DNA of 26,468 nucleotides from a virus (taxonomy: Duplodnaviria; Caudoviricetes), in IMG/VR virus record IMGVR_UViG_3300033076_000183, positions 1 through 26,468 of that record; one strand, 5' to 3'. Positions 15,062 through 23,839 of this stretch are shown piece after piece. The notes beneath the pieces are model-generated. The model worked only from the letters and a program-made list of their open reading frames with translations, did no database searches and was not told the origin of the DNA. The stretch's first letter is position 1. Each line of letters starts with the position of its first letter. A program made the position numbers and the translations under genes.

Positions 15062-18000
15062 TTATATTCCTATTGCTGTAACTGCTACGTTATATCCAGC
15101 TACGGGAGATCCTGTATTAGACTGGTACACCGTTAGGTTACATCCAGAAGAAGTTACATTAGATACTGTAACTATATATCCTCCGTTAGTATTGTATATG
15201 GTTGCAGTAACTCCGGGAGGTTCTAAGTAGTTTTTAAAGCTATAGTCAACATAGACTCCCTGAACGTTATTCACTTCCTTAACTGTTGAATACGTCTTTT
15301 CTTGTACGTCAACTTCGTATGTAAAGTTCTCTAGTAATATGCTCGTACTATCGGGCTCTTTGTTATAGTACTCTAATTTTATTTGGAAATATCTAAAGTC
15401 TAAGTCCCCTGATATATACCTTTTAAAACCTAAAGCAGAATTACTATCTGCACCAGAGAAAGCATTTGGATTTGTATTACCGTGCCCAGGATACCCTACT
15501 ACTCCGTTTGCAGCTGCAGAGTAGAATACATTATCCGTAGAGTATCTTACATAGACGTTCTGCACTATGTCTCTAGTAGGCCCTAGAAATGTTAAGCTAC
15601 CTGCCGTATCAACAAACTGAGCCATATCTACTAGTTCGTAGGAATTTCCACTGATACATAAATTAGCAAAGGAGTTACTGCCGGTACTCCTACCGTTAGC
15701 ATAAAACACCTCTCCTAATTGGATAGCATTCGCACTTATAACTCCGGCAATATGCGCAAACATATTAGCATTGGCATAGTCATTAGAAAACTGCCCTGTA
15801 TTTCTTATGGCGTATACATTACCGCTAGGGCCTCCGCTGGTAAGAGTGCGCGCATATACATTATATGTCGCTACTGCAGCATTAGCGTTGTTAAACCCTA
15901 GTATAGTTCCAATACCGCCAAAAGCATTATCTACTAAAATAGAGGTATCTACTGGTATGCCGTCTGAAGCGTGCGAATCAGAAATACCTTGTATGATAGA
16001 TCTATGCAGATCATTATATGTTGTTGAAGTAGAAATAGATATAGTAGGTTTTATCCTAATAGACCCTTTTATGACCCTACCAACATCTCTTATTTGAGTT
16101 ATATACTGAGCATATGGCTGGTTTGTAGTACTAAGTATCTCCGGATTAGTAATATCAGTTGAAAAACCTGATGATGCTCCGTTAGAATTATCCACATTAG
16201 TACTATCAGCATACACAAAGCCGTTATAGTTTGAATCATTAAAACTAGGGTAGCTTACTTCTGGAAGAGTATTTGAATTTGGGAAAGGAGCCCCGTCTTG
16301 AGTGGTAAAGCTAGAAGAAGGATCAGTCTCATTGTATGCCTTGTATATTCTAGATATTGTTCTTTCTAGAAGAATTAGAGAGGCATTTATCTTATCGCTC
16401 TCATTATTACTGGTATCTCTTACTCTTATGAAGTAAGTATACTCACCGTATTTTGCTATAGGGCTGGTATATGTAGTATTAGGGAAAGGTATCCTGTCTA
16501 CTATCAGAGATATGCCCCAAGTAGCATTGACAGTTTCCTGGTCTGCTATGTTTATAAATCCAGGGTACTCTCTTATTTCTACCTCTTTCGTATCTAAGTC
16601 TAAAATATATCCAGCAGAAGTCTGTGCAAACTGCCAAGTATATATAATAGAATCTCCTTGTTGAGTAACGTTAAAATCCGATAGGCCAGCTGGATTTTCT
16701 TGCTTACCTATAAGAGAGTGTACTTTTGATGTAGGATATCCTTTGTTATTACCGTTTAGAGGAGTTACTAGTATCTCTAAATCGTTTGTTCCAGCTACCG
16801 TACCTCTATTTAGATTATTGACAGTATATCTTACTAGAGCATTGTTAGGGTCGTGATTGACTAAAACGCGTGTATATTCGGGAACTGTAGAACTTGCATC
16901 AGACACTACTCTATATAGTATTTCATAAGCAGTAACATCTCTACCTTGTATAGTAGGGAATTCTATAGTAGCACTTATAGAAGCACCTCCAGTAGTATCA
17001 ATAAAAACCCTCTCAGTTACTGCTATTGAATTTACCTTACTAAGCTTTATTCCTTCTACCTGAAGTAGTCCTTTAACTGTAGCACTAGTTCTGTTATATC
17101 TATTTATAGTAGTAGCTTCTACAATATAATTTTGAGGAGATAGACCAAGTATAGTTCCATACTCATCTAATCTTGCTGTTGTATATCTTACCTTATTTTT
17201 TTGGTATAGATAATACAGATTGTTATTAGCTAGGTTATAAGTATAAGGATACTCTTCACTATAATCTACTGAAAAGGAGTTTGAAGTTATATTGGCTACA
17301 GACCCTTCTAAATCTTGAGATATGTTTATTATATAGTAGTTGAGAGAGTCAGATACTATGGGTTTATCTAAAAATACTTTATATATACAATTGGAAGTTA
17401 ACTCATTACTATAGTAATTACTGCTAGGTTGATAGGAGGTTCCTACTATGGTATAAGTATTATTAAAAGTAGAAAAAGACACTAAGTCATTTTCTTCTAT
17501 AGCCGGGGTAGTATATAAGTCTACTATTACAGTTAGTTGTGTTGAATCAACTATATTAGGTACTGTAATAGTAGTTGGATTTGCTTGGTCCCAAGTAAAA
17601 TTATCTGTTCTTATATCGTCTAAGTATACTCGTATATTATTTCTATCTCTTGGAGTAGATTTTAAAGAGGCCGTATATGATAATAAACCTGTTACATTGG
17701 CATATGTTGGTACACTCTTGTAAGTACCAGTAACGTAAAGACAGTTAGCATTAAAGTTATTAGCCTTTATTGTTTGGCTTATAGTAGTATAAAACGGCGT
17801 ATTTAATAGAGTATCACTAATATACCCAGTAGATAGTGCTGAGTTTCTAACTGTGATAGTATTACTCTCTACATTGAAAGACTGTATCTCTAAACTTAAG
17901 TTAGATAATTGACTGTAATAACCGGATGAACCTTCCTGAATAGTAGTAGCTGAGTATTGCAATACTGGTATTTTTAAATATACATTACTCTCTCCAATAT

Positions 18001-18220
18001 CGTACGGGACTTGTAATACATTAGTATTATAGTTATCATCAAAAAGCAGGCTGAGGTAATCTACAGTTAGTACTATAGAGTCTATATTAGAAGTAACATT
18101 ACTACATCTTAAGGGTATAGAACCTATTGCAGTAGTAAAACCATTTTTACCTGCATAAATTACGGGCTCACCTTCTGATAGAAAAGAAGTATTTGAAGTA
18201 TTTATGTTGTATGTAGGCAT
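15062..18220 (-). CDS. Central tail fibre / tail tip protein, distal part (FnIII-like domains; gpJ C-half / T5 pb4-like position)
   Basis: 1052 aa, beta-rich and N/S/T-rich; FnIII-like segments (YEILYR...YTVNNL, YTWQ...EIRE...YTYFIRVRDTSNNES); 'FRYFQIKL' and a terminal small beta domain; directly follows the gpJ-like gene. Confidence 0.7.
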   Translation of the reverse strand: MPTYNINTSNTSFLSEGEPVIYAGKNGFTTAIGSIPLRCSNVTSNIDSIVLTVDYLSLLFDDNYNTNVLQVPYDIGESNVYLKIPVLQYSATTIQEGSSGYYSQLSNLSLEIQSFNVESNTITVRNSALSTGYISDTLLNTPFYTTISQTIKANNFNANCLYVTGTYKSVPTYANVTGLLSYTASLKSTPRDRNNIRVYLDDIRTDNFTWDQANPTTITVPNIVDSTQLTVIVDLYTTPAIEENDLVSFSTFNNTYTIVGTSYQPSSNYYSNELTSNCIYKVFLDKPIVSDSLNYYIINISQDLEGSVANITSNSFSVDYSEEYPYTYNLANNNLYYLYQKNKVRYTTARLDEYGTILGLSPQNYIVEATTINRYNRTSATVKGLLQVEGIKLSKVNSIAVTERVFIDTTGGASISATIEFPTIQGRDVTAYEILYRVVSDASSTVPEYTRVLVNHDPNNALVRYTVNNLNRGTVAGTNDLEILVTPLNGNNKGYPTSKVHSLIGKQENPAGLSDFNVTQQGDSIIYTWQFAQTSAGYILDLDTKEVEIREYPGFINIADQETVNATWGISLIVDRIPFPNTTYTSPIAKYGEYTYFIRVRDTSNNESDKINASLILLERTISRIYKAYNETDPSSSFTTQDGAPFPNSNTLPEVSYPSFNDSNYNGFVYADSTNVDNSNGASSGFSTDITNPEILSTTNQPYAQYITQIRDVGRVIKGSIRIKPTISISTSTTYNDLHRSIIQGISDSHASDGIPVDTSILVDNAFGGIGTILGFNNANAAVATYNVYARTLTSGGPSGNVYAIRNTGQFSNDYANANMFAHIAGVISANAIQLGEVFYANGRSTGSNSFANLCISGNSYELVDMAQFVDTAGSLTFLGPTRDIVQNVYVRYSTDNVFYSAAANGVVGYPGHGNTNPNAFSGADSNSALGFKRYISGDLDFRYFQIKLEYYNKEPDSTSILLENFTYEVDVQEKTYSTVKEVNNVQGVYVDYSFKNYLEPPGVTATIYNTNGGYIVTVSNVTSSGCNLTVYQSNTGSPVAGYNVAVTAIGI

Positions 18221-18223
18221 TTA

Positions 18224-20776
18224 TTATCCCTGACTTATAACGTCTATGACGTTAGTTATTGCTCCATAATTTATAGAAGTAGTTACTGGTACGTTATAAT
18301 TAGCGCTATCAGGTACAGCACTGACAGTGGCTTTGTACGCAACTACTCCTTGTCTATCTCTAGAAGGTATAGAACGTAGAGATAATACTGGTGGCGGAGG
18401 AGTTACATAATTTAAATTTGTAGATACTATGCTATCAGATGTTAATGCTGCGTTGTCTGCGGCAGCCAAAATTGATTGATCGTATTCGGTTGCTGTTATG
18501 CTTACTTTACCATCTGTTAATAGGGTTAGTTGCTCAACTTTAAATAACTTATCAGCAGTTTGGCTGAAAATATTATTCACATCTATTTGACCTAACGCCC
18601 AAAGATCGCCTTGAACAGGGGCCACATTTGCCGTAAAAGAATTGTAAGCTGCAAACTGTCTGGTAAACGGGTTTAACTTAGATATAACATTAACATTTAT
18701 TATGTCTGAGCCTGCGTAGGAAAAGCCTGTGCTAGAAAAAGAATAGTTTGTATTACTTATTAGGTAATATTCTAACATATTATTTCTCTGATTAAATACT
18801 TTTAGTGCAAGAGGTAATGTATTTGCAGTAAAAAAACCAGATGTTATTGCTGGACTAGTATAATATTCTAAAGCTACAGCTGAAGATGCTACTGTAGAGT
18901 TACTATACACTATGCCGCCATAACCATATGAAGTGTTCGATATTTGTTGAGATACAGAAACTACATCCCCTATTTCTAAGTCTGAAGCATCTGAGAATGC
19001 CGTAAACTGAAGTTTTCTTTTCATTAGGCTATTAGAGTCTAATACGTATCTAGCCAATCTAAGGGCTTGGCTTTTCCTAGTACAGCCTACTGCATCTATA
19101 GATATTTTTCTTTCAAAATCAATCTGAGAAGGATCTTCCCTATTTAGAGTTGCAGTTTCTTTCTTAAAGTGATCATTGAAGTTTATGTAAGATACATCTA
19201 CTCCAGTAACTATATCTTCTTCTCGAATACCAGAAAGTTTAAAAGAGTTCTGATCAATATTAGACTCGTTAAACATTGCAACAGGTAGGGTATTAGGCCT
19301 ATCTACTATAAGCCTTATTCTTCCAGAAGAGTATGATATTACACCTCTAAAAGAACTAGCAATTGCTGAGAGTATGGAATATGCATCTGTATTATCGGTT
19401 ATACTCATTCCTATAGTAAATCTTCTTTCTCTTATAGGAGTACCTTCTGGCAGTCCTAATAGAGTTTCAACTACACCAGTAAGGTATCCGTTAGGCTTAA
19501 ATCTAAAACCGCCATCAGCAAAACCTGCTACTCCTATGAATCTACCTGTAGTAGAATCTACTGCATCGCAGTATTGAGCTACTGAGTAGAAATTATATTT
19601 ATCTATTGAAGATTCCGGTAATCCAAGTATATCTGTAAGAATATATTTTATGACCCACACCGGATTTTCTGTCCAATCTTTTTTGTAAGAGCCGTCCCAC
19701 GGTCCTACGTATAGTACGGGATTTGCCTCGTTAAGTACAGTAGTACCACTTCTCTGAAGCCTGTACCCGCGAGCAACATATGAATTTACTCCTGTATCTT
19801 CTACTTCTAGCTGTCGCCAGTCAACTAGGCCATTAGGTAGTATAGGCTGATTATAGTTGCTGGGAACATCTACAATAAGGCCTTTTACCAATGAAGAAAA
19901 TGTAGGTATTGAATCTTTTCTAAACTCGGTAGATTTAACTGCATATCCTGCTATAGCTGTTTTAGGATAGGTGAAAGGACTCTTTCTAACTTCATCAAAA
20001 CCTAGTACTTCTATCTCACTGGAATAACCATCTTCGGCTACGTCATCACTTATCTTTAATACAGATACTCTATATCCTGAGATAGATTTTCGAGCCTCAG
20101 GTATTTTTACCTCTAGTTCAGTAGCCATGCCTCCAACTACTAAACTAGTTATTATCATACCGCCACCTGCAATATAATTATTTATATTGCTTATCTCGTC
20201 AAAAGGATGCACTAAGACTGAAATACTTAACTGACTAGCTACATCTCCGTCACCGCCAGTAGTTTTTAAGTCAGTCACATTAAATTTCACTCTTATGCTG
20301 TCTATAGGGTATAGACCTTCAGAAGGGCTTGTAGGAAAAAATAATACTGAAGTCTCTACAGGCGCGGGTATTTCTGGATTAGAAGATAGTCCGCTCTTTA
20401 AAACTATAGGGCTGTTAAATCTTACACTATTTACTATTTCTCTAGCAAAAGGAGCCATTGCAGTTTGAGATAGCGTACCTGTCTGGTATGAATAACCAAA
20501 TACATCTGGTTTTACATTATTAGTTGTAAAATTTATTAAATCATCTACATATCTATCGTCTATTTCTATGTCTTGTGGGCCATTAGGATTTATTCTATAG
20601 ATAGGCCCCTCACCTAGTGCAAGCTGAGTAAATAGTATATCTGAACTCTTACTAGTATTTGGGTTATTTGATATAGAACCATCAAAACTGACAGAAAGCG
20701 TAGAACCTACACTTTCTACGCTTCCACCGGATATAAACGGTATTAATTTATTATATATATTTATATAATGTCTCAT
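18224..20776 (-). CDS. Tail tip / baseplate hub protein, lambda gpJ-like N-terminal part
   Basis: LGEGPI, YPKTA, KGLIVDVPSNY, WDGSYKKDWTENPVW, IDKYNFYSVAQYCD, GCTRKSQALRLARY, LEIGDVV and ITATEYD are hallmark gpJ motifs. Confidence 0.88.
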   Translation of the reverse strand: MRHYINIYNKLIPFISGGSVESVGSTLSVSFDGSISNNPNTSKSSDILFTQLALGEGPIYRINPNGPQDIEIDDRYVDDLINFTTNNVKPDVFGYSYQTGTLSQTAMAPFAREIVNSVRFNSPIVLKSGLSSNPEIPAPVETSVLFFPTSPSEGLYPIDSIRVKFNVTDLKTTGGDGDVASQLSISVLVHPFDEISNINNYIAGGGMIITSLVVGGMATELEVKIPEARKSISGYRVSVLKISDDVAEDGYSSEIEVLGFDEVRKSPFTYPKTAIAGYAVKSTEFRKDSIPTFSSLVKGLIVDVPSNYNQPILPNGLVDWRQLEVEDTGVNSYVARGYRLQRSGTTVLNEANPVLYVGPWDGSYKKDWTENPVWVIKYILTDILGLPESSIDKYNFYSVAQYCDAVDSTTGRFIGVAGFADGGFRFKPNGYLTGVVETLLGLPEGTPIRERRFTIGMSITDNTDAYSILSAIASSFRGVISYSSGRIRLIVDRPNTLPVAMFNESNIDQNSFKLSGIREEDIVTGVDVSYINFNDHFKKETATLNREDPSQIDFERKISIDAVGCTRKSQALRLARYVLDSNSLMKRKLQFTAFSDASDLEIGDVVSVSQQISNTSYGYGGIVYSNSTVASSAVALEYYTSPAITSGFFTANTLPLALKVFNQRNNMLEYYLISNTNYSFSSTGFSYAGSDIINVNVISKLNPFTRQFAAYNSFTANVAPVQGDLWALGQIDVNNIFSQTADKLFKVEQLTLLTDGKVSITATEYDQSILAAADNAALTSDSIVSTNLNYVTPPPPVLSLRSIPSRDRQGVVAYKATVSAVPDSANYNVPVTTSINYGAITNVIDVISQG

Positions 20777-21360
20777 AGATAATCTGCTACTCTTATATTG
20801 TCTATTCCGCCTCTTTGTATATGTTTTACGTAACTATTTATAACAGCACCGCTTGTACGTACCATACCAAAATGTAGTGCTATAGGTAATCCAAATCCGG
20901 ATGTAGAGGCGATACTACCAAAACCGTTAGTAGGATCATCTACATTCTCTAAAGTACCGTTTGCTCTATTTGTTTTTCTTTGAGCAACGTCAAATGCCGT
21001 TTGACCTTGACCAAATAAAGATGATTCTGTTACTCTCTTTGCTAGGCCTGTTAGGGCTACGGCTTGATTACTAAGAGTGCTGCTAGACCCGTAAAAAATA
21101 TTTAAATTACCTAGACTATCAAAACCCACACCCCCAGATACTAGCGGGACTATTATTATATCGCCTCGTACTTTAAATTTTAATATATCTTTAGTTATTA
21201 GTCTGCCGTTATCTATTATAGAGAAGTGTTTAAATACGTCAAACAGGTGTAGGTATTGTGTTCGTAAAAACGACACAATATCTTCGTAGGTATCAATATT
21301 TATACTTATTTCTTCTTTTTTCTTAGCTAAAGGGTTCAGTATGGTTAACACTATTTTCAT
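20773..21360 (-). CDS. Tail assembly protein, lambda gpI-like (N-terminal ubiquitin-like domain)
   Basis: ~75 aa beta-grasp-like region ending IIIVPLVSGG; C-terminal GLPIALHFGMVRTSG matches the gpI 'G.P.P..YG' region; lies between K-like and J-like genes. Confidence 0.75.
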   Translation of the reverse strand: MKIVLTILNPLAKKKEEISINIDTYEDIVSFLRTQYLHLFDVFKHFSIIDNGRLITKDILKFKVRGDIIIVPLVSGGVGFDSLGNLNIFYGSSSTLSNQAVALTGLAKRVTESSLFGQGQTAFDVAQRKTNRANGTLENVDDPTNGFGSIASTSGFGLPIALHFGMVRTSGAVINSYVKHIQRGGIDNIRVADYL

Positions 21361-21703
21361 TTAATCTCTCAAACCTCAACTCACCATTCTCAGACCAGTA
21401 CCTATAAAAAGAGTTTGCAAAACCAACTACAAACAAATACTCATCGAAACTAGTACTGGCAAGATCTTTTGAGCTAGGTATAGGATCACTACTGCCAGGG
21501 TGTGAATGAAAAAACCCAAGAATATTATCAAAATTCTCTACTATAGCAATAGGATCAATGATAAATGATGTTCTAGGGTTCTTACTTATATTTTTAGTTG
21601 GTATATAGTTCAAATCTTTTGTAATTATTCCACAGGCTTCGCGGGGATATTCAGCTATAGAATGATTACCCATAGCTGTTAATAGTTCATCATACTTACT
21701 CAT
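21323..21703 (-). CDS. JAB/MPN+ metalloprotease, lambda gpK-like N-terminal domain only
   Basis: EYPREACG and HSHP-x7-S-x2-D (HSHPGSSDPIPSSKD) JAMM motif; no NlpC/P60 domain. The ATG at 21703 is preferred over the GTG at 21727. Confidence 0.88.
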   Translation of the reverse strand: MSKYDELLTAMGNHSIAEYPREACGIITKDLNYIPTKNISKNPRTSFIIDPIAIVENFDNILGFFHSHPGSSDPIPSSKDLASTSFDEYLFVVGFANSFYRYWSENGELRFERLNENSVNHTEPFS

Positions 21704-23429
21704 TTTTAATACCAGGAAATCCACCAAAATTAGTTAAATTTCTTCTTAGTGAGCAAGCGGTGAGTGTTTTAGAACATATGTCTGAGGCGGCATCTAGAGT
21801 AGTTGCATTACTAGCAGTAAAAAACCCGTTAGCAGTTACTACAGGGTTAGATCCTACTATATTGCCAGTACCAGTAACTGGGTATTTACATTCGACACTT
21901 TTATACACCCATGGACATGTAGTAGTTACAAACTTGCGTTTTGGTACCTTCATTTTAAAATATTGTAACCAGTTAGTCAAATTAAATTTTGCTACAAACT
22001 CATCTAGTTCATCTAGCCTGCTTATATTATATACATATTCAACATAAGAAGAATTATCCGCATCTGGATTAACAATTAATAGTTTAGACCCTTCGGCCAG
22101 AGTAGAAAGATTAGTATTAGTAAAACTTATCCTTGACCCGTCTATGTTTGCAATAGTAGTAGTCGTAGTTCTATTATTAGAGGTTACTACATCACCAACT
22201 CGGTACGGTAGTGTAGAGTACACATTAGCAGAGTTAGGTGTAGAAGTCCTCACTATTGAGTATTCAGGCCAATGGTCTAAAAATTTTGCGTATGTTAGCT
22301 TAACTTCTACAACTGCTCCAAGAAGGTCTCTTGTATCCTGTTTTAGAGACGTCCACGTCTCTTTATTAGCTATAGCAGTAGCATAGTCCCAAGCAGCATT
22401 TATACCTCTAGATTGAGCTATAGTTGCATTATAGTGTATATTGCCAGGTATTGTTCTAGGGTCAATGTTTTGAACTAATTCGCCATTAACAGTTGCTGTT
22501 ATATTATTAGATGCGGCGTATCCTACTAAGTTTTTATTCTCTACTATAGAAGCTATAACTCCGTCAAAGTTAGCAATAGTTAATCCTAGTTCCCCTATTC
22601 GACCTGTAGAGTCTACACTTATATCTCCACTCTCACTGCCTACTACTTTATATGACAATCCGTCTAAAGATACAGAATAATTGAAGTCACTATAAGCTTC
22701 TCCTACCACTTCTGCATACCTGAGCGGAAATCCATAAGGCCACGGAAATCCTGCACCACTTTTAGTAGGGTTGTTATTACTATTGGCAGGATACCACTCT
22801 CCTGGATAGTATATAGTATACAATTTTACTAGAGGTGTTTGTTGTGTTGAGTTTTTCTCTGCTATATAGGGATTATTAGATATACTAGTTATAGTACTAC
22901 TTGCCGTTGTAACGTTTGCAGAATAGTTTGCAGATATAAAAGATGCGGCTGACGTATTACCAGATACTGTTTGTATTACTAGACTCTTAATACCTGTATA
23001 TGGATATATTCTGGTAGTGGTAACTTCTGATGTAGGGCTTGTTAGTACTGTTCTAGGTACAAATCTTATTTGAGTAGGGCTAATACGAACATAGTATTGC
23101 TCATCTACTACCTGAGTATCCTCATATACTATTATACTTTCATCAAAAACTCCGCTAGTAGGTATGGTAAACGTATTTGTGGTTCCGTTTATCAAGGTTG
23201 TAACATTAGAGAATACGTTAAAAGTAGTTAGAACAGCGCTATTACTTCTCACTGTTTCTCCCACGGCAAAAGTTTGATACACATTTGCTACTTTTACTCG
23301 AACATTATTTCCTGTTTTACCTACTATTTCTCCTACAGTTAATGTAGTAGCGCCTTGTATGGAATTACCCTGCCTGAAAGCAGATCCATTAGCTAGTTGT
23401 AATATGTAATCGTAGGCTCTAGTAGACAT
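21696..23429 (-). CDS. Tail tip protein, lambda gpL-like with large insertions
   Basis: C-terminal four-Cys cluster (CPWVYKSVEC...DICSKTLTAC...FGGFPG), LTIAN, DLLGAVV..KLTYAKFLD; 577 aa versus ~230 aa for gpL. Confidence 0.8.
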   Translation of the reverse strand: MSTRAYDYILQLANGSAFRQGNSIQGATTLTVGEIVGKTGNNVRVKVANVYQTFAVGETVRSNSAVLTTFNVFSNVTTLINGTTNTFTIPTSGVFDESIIVYEDTQVVDEQYYVRISPTQIRFVPRTVLTSPTSEVTTTRIYPYTGIKSLVIQTVSGNTSAASFISANYSANVTTASSTITSISNNPYIAEKNSTQQTPLVKLYTIYYPGEWYPANSNNNPTKSGAGFPWPYGFPLRYAEVVGEAYSDFNYSVSLDGLSYKVVGSESGDISVDSTGRIGELGLTIANFDGVIASIVENKNLVGYAASNNITATVNGELVQNIDPRTIPGNIHYNATIAQSRGINAAWDYATAIANKETWTSLKQDTRDLLGAVVEVKLTYAKFLDHWPEYSIVRTSTPNSANVYSTLPYRVGDVVTSNNRTTTTTIANIDGSRISFTNTNLSTLAEGSKLLIVNPDADNSSYVEYVYNISRLDELDEFVAKFNLTNWLQYFKMKVPKRKFVTTTCPWVYKSVECKYPVTGTGNIVGSNPVVTANGFFTASNATTLDAASDICSKTLTACSLRRNLTNFGGFPGIKNE

Positions 23430-23839
23430 TATGTATAACTCTCGGTTAAGGTAAAAGAAACATTATAAACAGAAGTTACTATACTAGTAGTAGTGAGTAC
23501 TTCCGATACTGAAAAATCGTTATTAAATCTTACTTGTATGCTACCAGAAAGTCCGATATATGACAAGTCAAATTCAAAAGAATCGTAGTCTCCTCCTCTT
23601 GCTCTATAAAAATTTTCAAGGGCTTGCTTATATGCCCCTGAAATATTTGTATATTTTACTTGAAACTGTCTCTTTGATCGTCTGCTTATGGCACGCGTTC
23701 TTTGATAGCCATTTTGGCTTGTAAAGGTTGCATTGTTAAACGTCTCATTTATACTGAAATTTCTATCTGGTCGTTTATTACTCATAGTGTAGGTCGTTGG
23801 ACCTACACTATAAGTTGCTTCACTCGGAAATCTTGCCAT
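23429..23839 (-). CDS. Distal tail protein (lambda gpM / DUF2460-like)
   Basis: 136 aa gene directly after the TMP; NGYQRT, LENFYRARGGDYDSFEF, terminal VSFTLTE. Confidence 0.8.
   Translation of the reverse strand: MARFPSEATYSVGPTTYTMSNKRPDRNFSINETFNNATFTSQNGYQRTRAISRRSKRQFQVKYTNISGAYKQALENFYRARGGDYDSFEFDLSYIGLSGSIQVRFNNDFSVSEVLTTTSIVTSVYNVSFTLTESYT

Noticed and set aside
18218-18226. Programmed frameshift or readthrough fusing the two tail-tip genes
   Set aside because: Two consecutive in-frame TAA codons and no slippery sequence; re-initiation is more plausible.
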